Source: Vulcanimicrobiales bacterium (GTDB lineage: Bacteria > Vulcanimicrobiota > Vulcanimicrobiia > Vulcanimicrobiales > Vulcanimicrobiaceae). From it: a stretch of 64,000 nucleotides of DNA. The notes beneath the pieces are model-generated. The model was not told where the DNA came from, searched no databases, and worked only from the letters and a program-made list of their open reading frames with translations. Shown here one piece after another: positions 39,322-47,707 of this stretch (the first letter of the stretch is position 1; each line of letters begins with the position of its first letter). The stretch spans positions 32,001 through 96,000 of the forward strand of contig JBBRLI010000005.1 of NCBI GenBank assembly GCA_038231455.1, written 5' to 3'. Both the position numbers and the translations under genes were made by a program.

Positions 39322-40595
39322 TGCGCGTTCTTGCTTCACTTACCGCACTGATCGCGCTCGCACTACCCGTTGCCGCGAATGCTGCGACGATCGCCATCGT
39401 CGGCGGGACCGTGTATCCGGTCAGCTCCGCCCCGATCAAAAACGGTACGGTGATCATCACCGACGGAAAGATCACCGCGGTTGGCGCGAATCTCGCCGTT
39501 CCCGCGGGTGCGCAGCGCATCGATGCGACCGGCAAAATCGTTACGCCCGGATTAATCGACGCCTACACGCAAGTCGGCCTCGTCGAAATTGAGGCGCAGC
39601 GCGAGACGCGCGAGACCTCATCGAGCAATCGGATCGCACCATCGTTTATCCCGTGGGACGGTTTCAATACGGAATCCGTCATCATTCCGCCGACGCGCGA
39701 TGACGGCGTGACGAACGTCGTGATCGCACCCTCCGGTGGATTGATCGCCGGTCAGGCTGCGATGCTCACCTTGCGTCCCGGCAACCCGCGCTCTTTACTC
39801 GAAGGCCGTCTGGCCGGAATCGTCGTTCAATTCGATAACCCGCAAGCAGCGGGCGCGAGCTCACGCGGCGAGTTGATCGGCAAGCTGCATGCGCTCCTCG
39901 ACGATGTTCGTCTGTATGCAGCCAATCGCGCGAAGTACGACGGTACGACGCTTCGGACGCTCGGCGCAGCGAAGGCGGATCTCGATGCGCTCGTCCCCGT
40001 CGTGCAGGGGCGCGAGCCGCTCTTAGTCGATGCCGAATCGGTCGACCAGATCGAATCGGCACTCCAGTTCGCGCGCGACGAGCGCGTGAAGATCATCCTG
40101 GTCGGCGGAGCGGAGGCGTGGCTCGTTGCAGGCGACCTCGCGCGCGCTCACGTCCCCGTCCTCTCCGGGGCGATGAACAATATTCCGAATAGTTTCTCGA
40201 CGCTCAACTCGCGTCAGGAAACGCCGGCGCTCTTACGTCGTGCCGGGGTGACCGTCGTGCTCGTGAGCAGCGATCCCGGCGGCGATTCGCATAACTTCAA
40301 CGCCCGCAACATCAAATACGAAGCAGGCAACGCGGTCGCCTACGGCATGTCCCACGACGATGCGCTGCGCGCGATTACGTTGACACCCGCCGAAGTCTTC
40401 GGCGTTGCCGACCGGCTCGGTTCGCTTTCGCCCGGCCGCAATGCAAACGTTGTGGTGTGGAGCGGCGACCCGTTTGAATTTACGACACGTGTCGAACACG
40501 TTTTCGTCGACGGACGTGAATTGCACGAGCGCACGCGCCAAGATTTGTTGACGGAGCGATATCGCACGCTTCCACCCGCGAAAAAAGCCCCCTAA
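39321..40595 (+). CDS. Secreted amidohydrolase-fold protein with degenerate metal site
   Basis: Signal peptide; PGLIDAYTQ where HxH is expected; GSL.PG..ANVVVW.GDPF. Confidence 0.85.
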   Translation: MRVLASLTALIALALPVAANAATIAIVGGTVYPVSSAPIKNGTVIITDGKITAVGANLAVPAGAQRIDATGKIVTPGLIDAYTQVGLVEIEAQRETRETSSSNRIAPSFIPWDGFNTESVIIPPTRDDGVTNVVIAPSGGLIAGQAAMLTLRPGNPRSLLEGRLAGIVVQFDNPQAAGASSRGELIGKLHALLDDVRLYAANRAKYDGTTLRTLGAAKADLDALVPVVQGREPLLVDAESVDQIESALQFARDERVKIILVGGAEAWLVAGDLARAHVPVLSGAMNNIPNSFSTLNSRQETPALLRRAGVTVVLVSSDPGGDSHNFNARNIKYEAGNAVAYGMSHDDALRAITLTPAEVFGVADRLGSLSPGRNANVVVWSGDPFEFTTRVEHVFVDGRELHERTRQDLLTERYRTLPPAKKAP

Positions 40596-40604
40596 GGTAA
40601 GGCC

Positions 40605-43481
40605 GTGCTGCGGATCGCACTCTTTGGCGAGCCGCGCTTCTCGTTTCGCGGGGAACCGTATCGATTCGAGGCGCTGCCGCGCGCCTTGCCGCTGCTCGCG
40701 TACCTGATCCTCAACCGTGCCCATCCAGCATCCGTCGATGCGGTCGCGACGCTGCTCTGGCCGGACGATCGCGAGTCGGATGCGCGCGTGAAACTCCGTC
40801 GGCACGTGAGCGTCTTGCAGACCGCCCTGCCGCCGGACGACCCCGCGCAGCCTTGGATTCACGCGACCCCGGATACGCTCCAGTGGAACCTCGCCTCAGA
40901 TGCGTTTTGCGATTTGATCGCGTTTGAAGAAGACGCCGCCAACCTCTCGACCTACGATGCTGCCGTCGCGCTGTACGGTGGCGAATTTCTCGTTGGATAT
41001 CATGCGCCGTGGATCCAAGTCGAACGCGACCGATTGCGCCGTATCGCGCTCTTCCGTCGCGAAGCGCTCATGGCGCTTGCGGAAGACGACGCGCGCACGG
41101 ATGACGCGATGCGACACGCGCGCGCGATTCTTGCGATCGATCCATGGCGCGAGAGCGCCGTTCGTGCGCTCATGCGCGAACTCGCGGCGCAGGGCGATTA
41201 CGCCGGAGCAGCGGCGGAATTCGACCGCTTCGCGCATCGGATGCGGCGCGAGCGTCTCGCCGAGCCGAGCGCCGAAACCGCCGCGCTTCTCCGCGCTTTC
41301 GTCGGCGACCGCGTGATACCGTCGCACGCGTTCCCGGGGCGCGAGCCCGCTTTGCGGATGCTCGAAGATGCGTATGCCATGGTTCAAAGCGGACGCGGGA
41401 CGACGCTGTTTCTCATCGGCGAGCGTTCTAGCGGAAAAGCGGAGTTTGCCGAAATGTTCGCTGATGGATGCACCGATGCACGCGTTTTTATCGGCCGTGC
41501 CGCCGGTCGCGAGGGTCGGCCGTACGAGCCGATCGCATCCATTCTGCGGTCGGCACTCCCGTACGTTCGCGAAGTCGTTCCGCCCGGCGAGATCGCGGCG
41601 CTGGCCGCTTTGCTTCCCGAAGTTGGGCGGCCCCTACCGCGGACGCACGCAAGCGACCTCGAGCGAGAACGGCGCCGTCTCTATGATGGAATCGCCGCTG
41701 CGGTGCTTGCGCTCGCGCGCCCCGGGCCGCTCGTGCTGGTGTTTCCCGATCTTCATCGCGCCGGTCATGCCACGGTTGCAGCGCTGGAATCGCTGGCACA
41801 TCGGATCGCGGGTGCGCCGGTGCTGATTGTGGCAACGGCTTCCTCCGTATCTGAACCGCTCGGCTCGTCGATCCGACGATTGAGCCATGCGGGGCGCGCC
41901 GCGACGATTCAACTTGTATCGAGTTCCAACGGGAGATATGAGTCGATTACCGCGCCGATGGCGCGAACGCCCGCGGCGGTTTCGGCAGAACAGTACGCAA
42001 TGACCGCGCGCGCAGCCGTTGAGATTTTCGCTGATGACGATGCGCGTATCGCGATCGAGCGCGGCTTGCGGGCGGAGCAAACCGAGCAATCCCGGTATGC
42101 GCTCCTGATCGAACAAGAACGCATCGCGGCCGCGAGCGCCGGGCGTGCCGATCACTTGCGGCTGCTCGGGGAACTCACGGAGCTTGCAACCGATTCGCGG
42201 AAACGTGCCCAGGTGCTGCAGCTGCGAATCCGTTGCGCGAGGATCGGGGGTGAGGTCGATGAGCGCGAGCGGCTCGTCGACGTATTCATGGCGTTCGCGC
42301 TTGAACTGGGAGACGCGGCACTCACGATGCGAGCGATGCTCGCCCGCGGTCAAGCCGCACGTGATGCGCAGAAGTTTTCCGCGGCGCGCATCGATCTCAT
42401 CGCCGCATCCGATCGCGCCCTCGCGCTCAACGCCGCGACGGTTGCCTGTGAGACGCTGCTAACGCTTGCCGAAATGGAAGCCTCGCTCGGCAATGCTCCG
42501 GCAGCGTACGACTATCTCAAACGCGCGGATCGCGAAGCGGAACATGCGGGCGATCTTCTCGGACAAGCGCAGATCGTAGGCCTCACGATCGGTATGCTCC
42601 TTGGTGAGATGCGCATGTCCGAGGCGATCGCGACGGCCGATTCAGCAGAGCCACTTTTCGCCGTCTCCGGCGATCGCGAGACGCATGCGGATGTCCGAAC
42701 GCAAGTCGCCCGCGCCCTCAACCGATTAGGGCAGTTCGAGCGGGCACTCGTGATCTATCGAAGTGTTGCACGGGTCTACCGCGAGCTCGACGTCCCGCTT
42801 GGCGAAGCAAAGACGCTCATCAACTCGTCGATCCCACTTATGCGGCTTGGCAACTACGATGAAGCGCTTGCAAGCGTTCAGCGGGCTGCAGCGATTTTCG
42901 AGCGGATTGGTGACGTTTTTGGGCATGCAACCTGCGTGAGCAACGCGGGTCTCATCGCCTACTATCGACATCGCTATGACGATGCGGTCCACGAATGGGA
43001 GCGTGGACTCAAGCTCGCAGAAAAGAGCGGCAATCGAGAGATCACCTCCAAAATCATGAACAATTTGGGTGCGGCGGAGAGCGCGCGCGGGAATTACGAA
43101 CGTGCGATCGACTTGCTCGAGCGCGGCATCCGCATGGCGACAGCGCAGGATCACGCGCTTGCCGTTGTTACCGAACTCCCGGACTTAGTACTGGCCTACG
43201 TGCGTCGCGGTGATTCGCGTCGCGCCGAAATGACCGCGCGGACCATGCTTGAGGTCGCCGCGCGCCTCACCGATCCGCACGATGAGATGTTTTATATCGA
43301 GTACGTCGCGGGGCTCGTGGACGATCGCCGTAGCCGTCTGAGTTCGGCACGGGCACACTATGCCGTCGCGGAACGCCTCTTCTTGGAACGCGTGGCGTCG
43401 TTTTCCGATGACGCCTCGCGTCGAGCTTTCCTCGATTTGCCGAACAGTCGCTTGATCCGCGAGGGGTTGAAGTTGCGCTAA
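40605..43481 (+). CDS. SARP/BTAD regulator with degenerate NTPase and TPR repeats
   Basis: LLAYL..LWPD, LY.GEFL.G..W...ER, DPWRE.A...LM; C-terminal TPRs. Confidence 0.85.
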   Translation: MLRIALFGEPRFSFRGEPYRFEALPRALPLLAYLILNRAHPASVDAVATLLWPDDRESDARVKLRRHVSVLQTALPPDDPAQPWIHATPDTLQWNLASDAFCDLIAFEEDAANLSTYDAAVALYGGEFLVGYHAPWIQVERDRLRRIALFRREALMALAEDDARTDDAMRHARAILAIDPWRESAVRALMRELAAQGDYAGAAAEFDRFAHRMRRERLAEPSAETAALLRAFVGDRVIPSHAFPGREPALRMLEDAYAMVQSGRGTTLFLIGERSSGKAEFAEMFADGCTDARVFIGRAAGREGRPYEPIASILRSALPYVREVVPPGEIAALAALLPEVGRPLPRTHASDLERERRRLYDGIAAAVLALARPGPLVLVFPDLHRAGHATVAALESLAHRIAGAPVLIVATASSVSEPLGSSIRRLSHAGRAATIQLVSSSNGRYESITAPMARTPAAVSAEQYAMTARAAVEIFADDDARIAIERGLRAEQTEQSRYALLIEQERIAAASAGRADHLRLLGELTELATDSRKRAQVLQLRIRCARIGGEVDERERLVDVFMAFALELGDAALTMRAMLARGQAARDAQKFSAARIDLIAASDRALALNAATVACETLLTLAEMEASLGNAPAAYDYLKRADREAEHAGDLLGQAQIVGLTIGMLLGEMRMSEAIATADSAEPLFAVSGDRETHADVRTQVARALNRLGQFERALVIYRSVARVYRELDVPLGEAKTLINSSIPLMRLGNYDEALASVQRAAAIFERIGDVFGHATCVSNAGLIAYYRHRYDDAVHEWERGLKLAEKSGNREITSKIMNNLGAAESARGNYERAIDLLERGIRMATAQDHALAVVTELPDLVLAYVRRGDSRRAEMTARTMLEVAARLTDPHDEMFYIEYVAGLVDDRRSRLSSARAHYAVAERLFLERVASFSDDASRRAFLDLPNSRLIREGLKLR

Positions 43482-45148
43482 GGCGCGCGATAGACCGTGC
43501 GTCCGCCGACGACCGTCTGCAAGACGCGCGTACCGAGAATTTGTTCTGCCGGAACTTGTACGATGTCGCGATCGAGGACCACCCAGTCGGCATATTTCCC
43601 GACCGCGATCGAGCCCAGCAGGTTCTCTTGGAATCCTGCGCGCGCAGCCCAGATCGTCATCGACTCGAGTGCTTCTTCGCGCGTCATCCGTTCGCGCGGA
43701 TACCAGCCGCCCGGCGGTGCGTTCTTGCCGTTCTCGCGCGTCACGGCACTGTGATAGGTGATGAGCGGATCGACGCGCTCAACGGGAAAATCGGTCCCGT
43801 TCGCGATCTTGACGCCCGTGGCAAGGAGCGAATGCCACGCATACGCGCCGACGATGCGTTTAGGCCCAACGCGGGCTTCGGCCCACATCATGTCGCTGGT
43901 TTGGTGGCTTGACTGCATCGACGGAATGACGCCAAGCCGGGCGAAACGTGGAATATCGCTTGGTTCGAGAATCTGCGCGTGTTCGATGCGAAATCGCGCG
44001 TCTTTGGCAAGTGGAAAGGCCTCGAATGCTTGCTGATAGGCATCGAGCACGATGCGATTTGCTCGGTCGCCGATGGCGTGCGTCCCGACTTGAAAGCCGG
44101 CGCGTAAGGCGCGCTCGGCGATGCCTTCGATATGGCTTTGCGTTGAGACGAGCAAGCCGCTATTCGCCGGGTCGTCCGTATAGGGCGTGAGGAGCGCAGC
44201 ACCGCGCGATCCGAGCGCGCCATCGGCGTAGAGTTTGATCGACCGGATCCACAGGTGCCCGTCGTAGAGTGCGCTCTGCGGACCGCGCGCAAGATAGTAC
44301 GAGATGTCCGCGTCGTTGTCGCTGATCATCGCGTAGGTTCGCAGGGTGAGTTTCCCGGCACGAGCGAGTTCTTCGTCGACCTCGATGACGCTGCGCGTTT
44401 CGCCGGGATCGTGCACGGTCGTGAGGCCATAGCGATGCGCGACGGCAATTGCGTCGAGCATCCCACGCCGCACCTCATCGTGTGTTGGTGCGGGGACCGC
44501 GGCGGAAATGAGTGCCTTCGCGTTGTCGATGAAGACGCCGGTGGGCGCGCCGGTTTCATCGCGCAAGAGCCGTCCACCGACCGGATCGGATGTATTCGCG
44601 GTAATATTCGCAGCGCGCATCGCGGCGGCGTTCGCGAGCAGTGCGTGGCCGTCGATGCGCGTGAGTACGACCGGATGGTCGGGGATCGCCGCATCGAGTG
44701 CTTCATGCGTCGGGAACGCCTGCCCCGGCCAGCGATTTTGGTCCCAGCCGCGTCCGATCACCCACGCGCCCGGCGGCAATTCTTTCGCACGCTTTGCGGC
44801 CCGCGCGACGACTTCGTTATACGTTGGAACATCGACCAGGTCGACCGTCCGTAGCCCAAGTCCGAGGCCAAGTAAGTGACCGTGCGCGTCGATAAGACCG
44901 GGAAGCACCGTCGTACCGTGCGCATCGATCACGGTTGTCCGCGGACCGCGATAGCGCATTGCGCCCGGGGCATCGCCGACAAAGATGAAGCGCCCACCGC
45001 GTACGGCAAAAGCGGAGGCTCGAGCGTGCCCGGGTTCGACCGTGCGGACATTCGCGTTCTTTACGACCGTATCGGCCGGTTCGACCGGGCTGCCGGCTCC
45101 GAGAATCGGCACGAGCGCAAGCAACAGGACGACCACGATCGAACGCAT
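43478..45148 (-). CDS. Secreted YtcJ-like amidohydrolase
   Basis: PGLIDAHGH, GRGWDQ, KLYADGALGSR, HAIGD, RIEHAQ, GTDFP. Confidence 0.92.
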   Translation of the reverse strand: MRSIVVVLLLALVPILGAGSPVEPADTVVKNANVRTVEPGHARASAFAVRGGRFIFVGDAPGAMRYRGPRTTVIDAHGTTVLPGLIDAHGHLLGLGLGLRTVDLVDVPTYNEVVARAAKRAKELPPGAWVIGRGWDQNRWPGQAFPTHEALDAAIPDHPVVLTRIDGHALLANAAAMRAANITANTSDPVGGRLLRDETGAPTGVFIDNAKALISAAVPAPTHDEVRRGMLDAIAVAHRYGLTTVHDPGETRSVIEVDEELARAGKLTLRTYAMISDNDADISYYLARGPQSALYDGHLWIRSIKLYADGALGSRGAALLTPYTDDPANSGLLVSTQSHIEGIAERALRAGFQVGTHAIGDRANRIVLDAYQQAFEAFPLAKDARFRIEHAQILEPSDIPRFARLGVIPSMQSSHQTSDMMWAEARVGPKRIVGAYAWHSLLATGVKIANGTDFPVERVDPLITYHSAVTRENGKNAPPGGWYPRERMTREEALESMTIWAARAGFQENLLGSIAVGKYADWVVLDRDIVQVPAEQILGTRVLQTVVGGRTVYRAP

Positions 45149-45290
45149 GGTGCGAACTACTCCTGGGCAAGTAAGAAACCCGTTTCGTGGTCGCAGCTCG
45201 TGATAACCAAGGCGGCCTCCGGTTGATCGAGGAGAATCTTGGGCACGCGTGCATAGCCGGGTGAATTTTCAAATGTTGGGGAGATATTCG

Positions 45291-45593
45291 ATGAATGGCC
45301 TTCGGTCGGTAACTGCACTTGCGCTCGCGCTTTCGGTCTGCTTTTTGACTCCGCAGGGAGCGAACGCGAAAAATCCGTGCAAACAAAGTGGCGGGCGCCA
45401 GCTCAACATGCAGATCCATCAACTCGACGGACAACGCAAGCAGATCCAACGGCAATATCGAGGTCCGCAAAACGCGGTGGCTCGTCGCAATGCGCTAGCG
45501 CAAATCGATGCGCAGCGCGACGGACTCGAGGCGCAGAAACGCAACATGAAAGAGCGCGTAGAAGAGTGTAAAGAGGCGCACGGCCGGCGCTAA
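45291..45593 (+). CDS. Small secreted coiled-coil protein
   Basis: Signal peptide ending ANA; Gln/Arg-rich helix between two Cys. Confidence 0.6.
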   Translation: MNGLRSVTALALALSVCFLTPQGANAKNPCKQSGGRQLNMQIHQLDGQRKQIQRQYRGPQNAVARRNALAQIDAQRDGLEAQKRNMKERVEECKEAHGRR

Positions 45594-45610
45594 CGTGTGA
45601 TCCCGGTCCG

Positions 45611-45636
45611 CGTGTGGTGGAGAGCGGATCGGGTAC
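45611..45636 (+). promoter_or_regulatory. SigB/SigF-type promoter of the STAS gene
   Basis: CGTGT-N15-GGGTAC, same layout as the PfpI promoter. Confidence 0.55.
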
Positions 45637-45674
45637 ACGCCCAGGGTGAACGTCAAATCCGGTCGCCCACGCTT

Positions 45675-46001
45675 ATGACCTTCGCCGATCCGATCGTCGT
45701 CGCGTTTACCGGTGATCTCGACGTTTCGAAGTACACGCAACTGCGCGATCGCTTGAACGAGGTGTGGGATGGCCGGTCGCCCATGATCGTCGATCTCCAT
45801 CAGGTCCGCTTGATGGACTCCACGTGTCTGAGCGAATTGTTATTGTTCCGACGACGCCTTCAACGCGCGGAAGCGGCCTTCGCAGCAATCGTCACCGACC
45901 CAAATATTTTACGTTTGCTCGAAATAACGGGCTTGAAGAAATCGCTGAACGTCGCAACCGACCTCGAGTCGGTTCTGCTGGCGTTTCGTCGCAGCGAGTA
46001 G
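45675..46001 (+). CDS. STAS anti-sigma-factor antagonist
   Basis: GDLD, VDL..V..MDST.L..L, RLLEITGL. Confidence 0.88.
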   Translation: MTFADPIVVAFTGDLDVSKYTQLRDRLNEVWDGRSPMIVDLHQVRLMDSTCLSELLLFRRRLQRAEAAFAAIVTDPNILRLLEITGLKKSLNVATDLESVLLAFRRSE

Positions 46002-46010
46002 CGACGGAGC

Positions 46011-46049
46011 AAAAAAGTCGACCGCCGATTGAACATCGACGGTCGACTT
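46011..46049. terminator. Hairpin terminator between STAS and tRNA-Ile
   Basis: aagtcgaccg...cggtcgactt with an A tract on the left. Confidence 0.7.
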
Positions 46050-46053
46050 GACT

Positions 46054-46130
46054 TGGTGGGCCATCCTGGGTTCGAACCAGGGACCTCATGCTTATCAAGC
46101 ATGCGCTCTAACCAACTGAGCTAATGGCCC
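46054..46130 (-). tRNA. tRNA-Ile(GAT)
   Basis: GGGCCATTAGCTCAGTTGGTTAGAGCGCATGCTTGATAAGCATG..GTTCGAACC..ACCA. Confidence 0.96.
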
Positions 46131-46142
46131 GCACGGCAACTA

Positions 46143-46171
46143 ACGTTACGAGAGCGGACCAAATTTGTCAA
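46143..46171 (-). promoter_or_regulatory. Sigma70 promoter of tRNA-Ile
   Basis: TTGACA-N17-TAACGT. Confidence 0.7.
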
Positions 46172-46189
46172 TCGCTTCGCGGACCCTGC

Positions 46190-46507
46190 CTAGATCAGCG
46201 CGATCCATTTCTTCAAGATCTCATCGTCGCGCTTGACCTGCTCCATCGAGAGGTCCCGCAGGGCGTTGAGTTCGCGGTCGAGTTCGGCCCGCTGCCGGAG
46301 CACGGTGTCGAACTGCATCCGCGCTTGAAGTGCCGCTGTTTCGTCCGCGCCCTCGGCGCTCGATTGGGCCGCGGTAACGGCAGCGGCAATCTTCTCAGCG
46401 AGTTCGTCGCTCGCGGCCGCCAACTCGACCTGCCTTCCGGTGTCACGGGACTTTGCAGCGGCGGACGGTCGGGCAGTCGCGGGTGCGCGGTTGTTGAGAA
46501 CGAGCAC
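46190..46507 (-). CDS. Small helical protein, paralog of the upstream gene (possible type III rod/needle-like subunit)
   Basis: C-terminal ALQA..FD......EL.R..N.LR...M.Q.K.DD.I.KK.I..I shared with 46512-46892. Confidence 0.7.
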   Translation of the reverse strand: MLVLNNRAPATARPSAAAKSRDTGRQVELAAASDELAEKIAAAVTAAQSSAEGADETAALQARMQFDTVLRQRAELDRELNALRDLSMEQVKRDDEILKKWIALI

Positions 46508-46511
46508 GCGA

Positions 46512-46892
46512 TTAACCGGTGATCGACTCGATGAATTTCTTGGTGATCTGGTCGTCGGCTTTGCGCTGCTGCATTGCGACTTCGCGTAAAACGTTACTTT
46601 GGCGCATCAGCTCGGATTTTTCCGCCGTCATCTGATCGAACGCATTCGATTGTGCCTGGAGTGCGAGTTGATAGTACGCATTTTGCGCGTTCATCCCATC
46701 TTGTGCGAGAAGGACGCCACTTTGCCAGGCGCCTTGCGCGCCATTTGCGGCATTGCCAATGGCAGCCGTACCGGTGGCGCCGGCGCCCGTAAAACCGCCG
46801 ACCGCCGCGGCACCCGCTGCGACCGCCGGATTGCCGGTGGTCAGGAATGTCTGCAGTCCCACGCCGAGCGCGGAATTGAGATTGAAGCCCAT
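46512..46892 (-). CDS. Gly/Ala-rich small helical protein (possible type III needle/pilin-like subunit)
   Basis: Strong AGGAGA RBS; no signal peptide; conserved C-terminal helical motif. Confidence 0.75.
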   Translation of the reverse strand: MGFNLNSALGVGLQTFLTTGNPAVAAGAAAVGGFTGAGATGTAAIGNAANGAQGAWQSGVLLAQDGMNAQNAYYQLALQAQSNAFDQMTAEKSELMRQSNVLREVAMQQRKADDQITKKFIESITG

Positions 46893-46922
46893 GCTGATCT
46901 CCTAAAAGGACGAAGTTGCCAG

Positions 46923-46952
46923 TCGTTCACGCCGGGTGCGCTCGCGGCTAGT
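46923..46952 (-). promoter_or_regulatory. Putative alternative-sigma promoter, copy 1
   Basis: ACTAG-N15-GCGTGAACGA, repeated exactly at 47608-47637. Confidence 0.65.
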
Positions 46953-46954
46953 CA

Positions 46955-47602
46955 TCAGATTATGAGGTTGCTTTGCGATCGATCATCATCGCCGGAAGCG
47001 AGAATTGACGCGCTATCGTCTTTCGGTGGTGCGGGTTTTTTATGCGCCGGAAGCGACGGACATGCTCCCGAAGCCGTGCCGAGCTGCGTGTAGAGGGACC
47101 GCAAAGCGTTGGTTTGGGCTGCGCTTTCCGGAAGTGCCGCGACCTGCACGTCGCGTGTCGCGGCGATCGCTCCGGGCGAGGAAGAAGTCGTGCTGATCCG
47201 CTGGTAATGGCGCAGGACCGAATCGGCGTAGCCGAGGGTCGTCCCGTCCCCCCAGGCCGTCTTGGTCCCGGCGGCTTTGGCGCTACCCGCGTTGTAACAC
47301 GAGAGCGCCGCATGCACGTCGCCCCCATTTTGCTTCACGAGGCCGGAGATGAGCCGCGCCGCGTACTCGGCGTTGGCTGCCGGGTCCATCGCCGCCGGGG
47401 TCTTGGCGAAAGGGTGCCAGCGGTCGTCGATTTGGAAGATTCCGTGGCCGTGGCCACCGTCGCCGACGATATTACGCCCGGAGTCGCTTTGTGGCCCGCC
47501 CGTTTCCTGAGCGGCAACCGCAGCGAGCAGACGTGGGTCAAGGTGGTGGCGCTGGGCGGCAGCGGCGATCTGCCTGCCGAACGCCACATGTAAACTACTC
47601 AC
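46955..47602 (-). CDS. GH23 lytic transglycosylase / g-type lysozyme-like protein
   Basis: AA....LDP.LLAAVAAQET, GDGGHGHGIFQIDDRWH, ALSCYNAG, YAD.V. Confidence 0.88.
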   Translation of the reverse strand: MSSLHVAFGRQIAAAAQRHHLDPRLLAAVAAQETGGPQSDSGRNIVGDGGHGHGIFQIDDRWHPFAKTPAAMDPAANAEYAARLISGLVKQNGGDVHAALSCYNAGSAKAAGTKTAWGDGTTLGYADSVLRHYQRISTTSSSPGAIAATRDVQVAALPESAAQTNALRSLYTQLGTASGACPSLPAHKKPAPPKDDSASILASGDDDRSQSNLII

Positions 47603-47607
47603 GGCCC

Positions 47608-47637
47608 TCGTTCACGCATCCTGGGCAAGCGCCTAGT
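47608..47637 (-). promoter_or_regulatory. Putative alternative-sigma promoter, copy 2
   Basis: ACTAG-N15-GCGTGAACGA, 5 nt before the GTG start. Confidence 0.65.
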
Positions 47638-47666
47638 TTGACACCGGAGGACGGCCATACTACAAT
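47638..47666 (+). promoter_or_regulatory. Sigma70 promoter of the yceD-rpmF operon
   Basis: TTGACA-N17-TACAAT. Confidence 0.85.
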
Positions 47667-47707
47667 GGGGCGTCGAGGCTCCCGCGCGGGGGCCTCGGTC
47701 GTGTGTT

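Noticed and set aside
32849-46130. Possible integrative element bounded by tRNAs
   Set aside because: No integrase and no duplicated tRNA 3' end (att site) seen
46190-47602. Phage lysis cassette interpretation of the lysozyme module
   Set aside because: No holin-like TM protein, spanin lipoprotein, or other phage genes nearby
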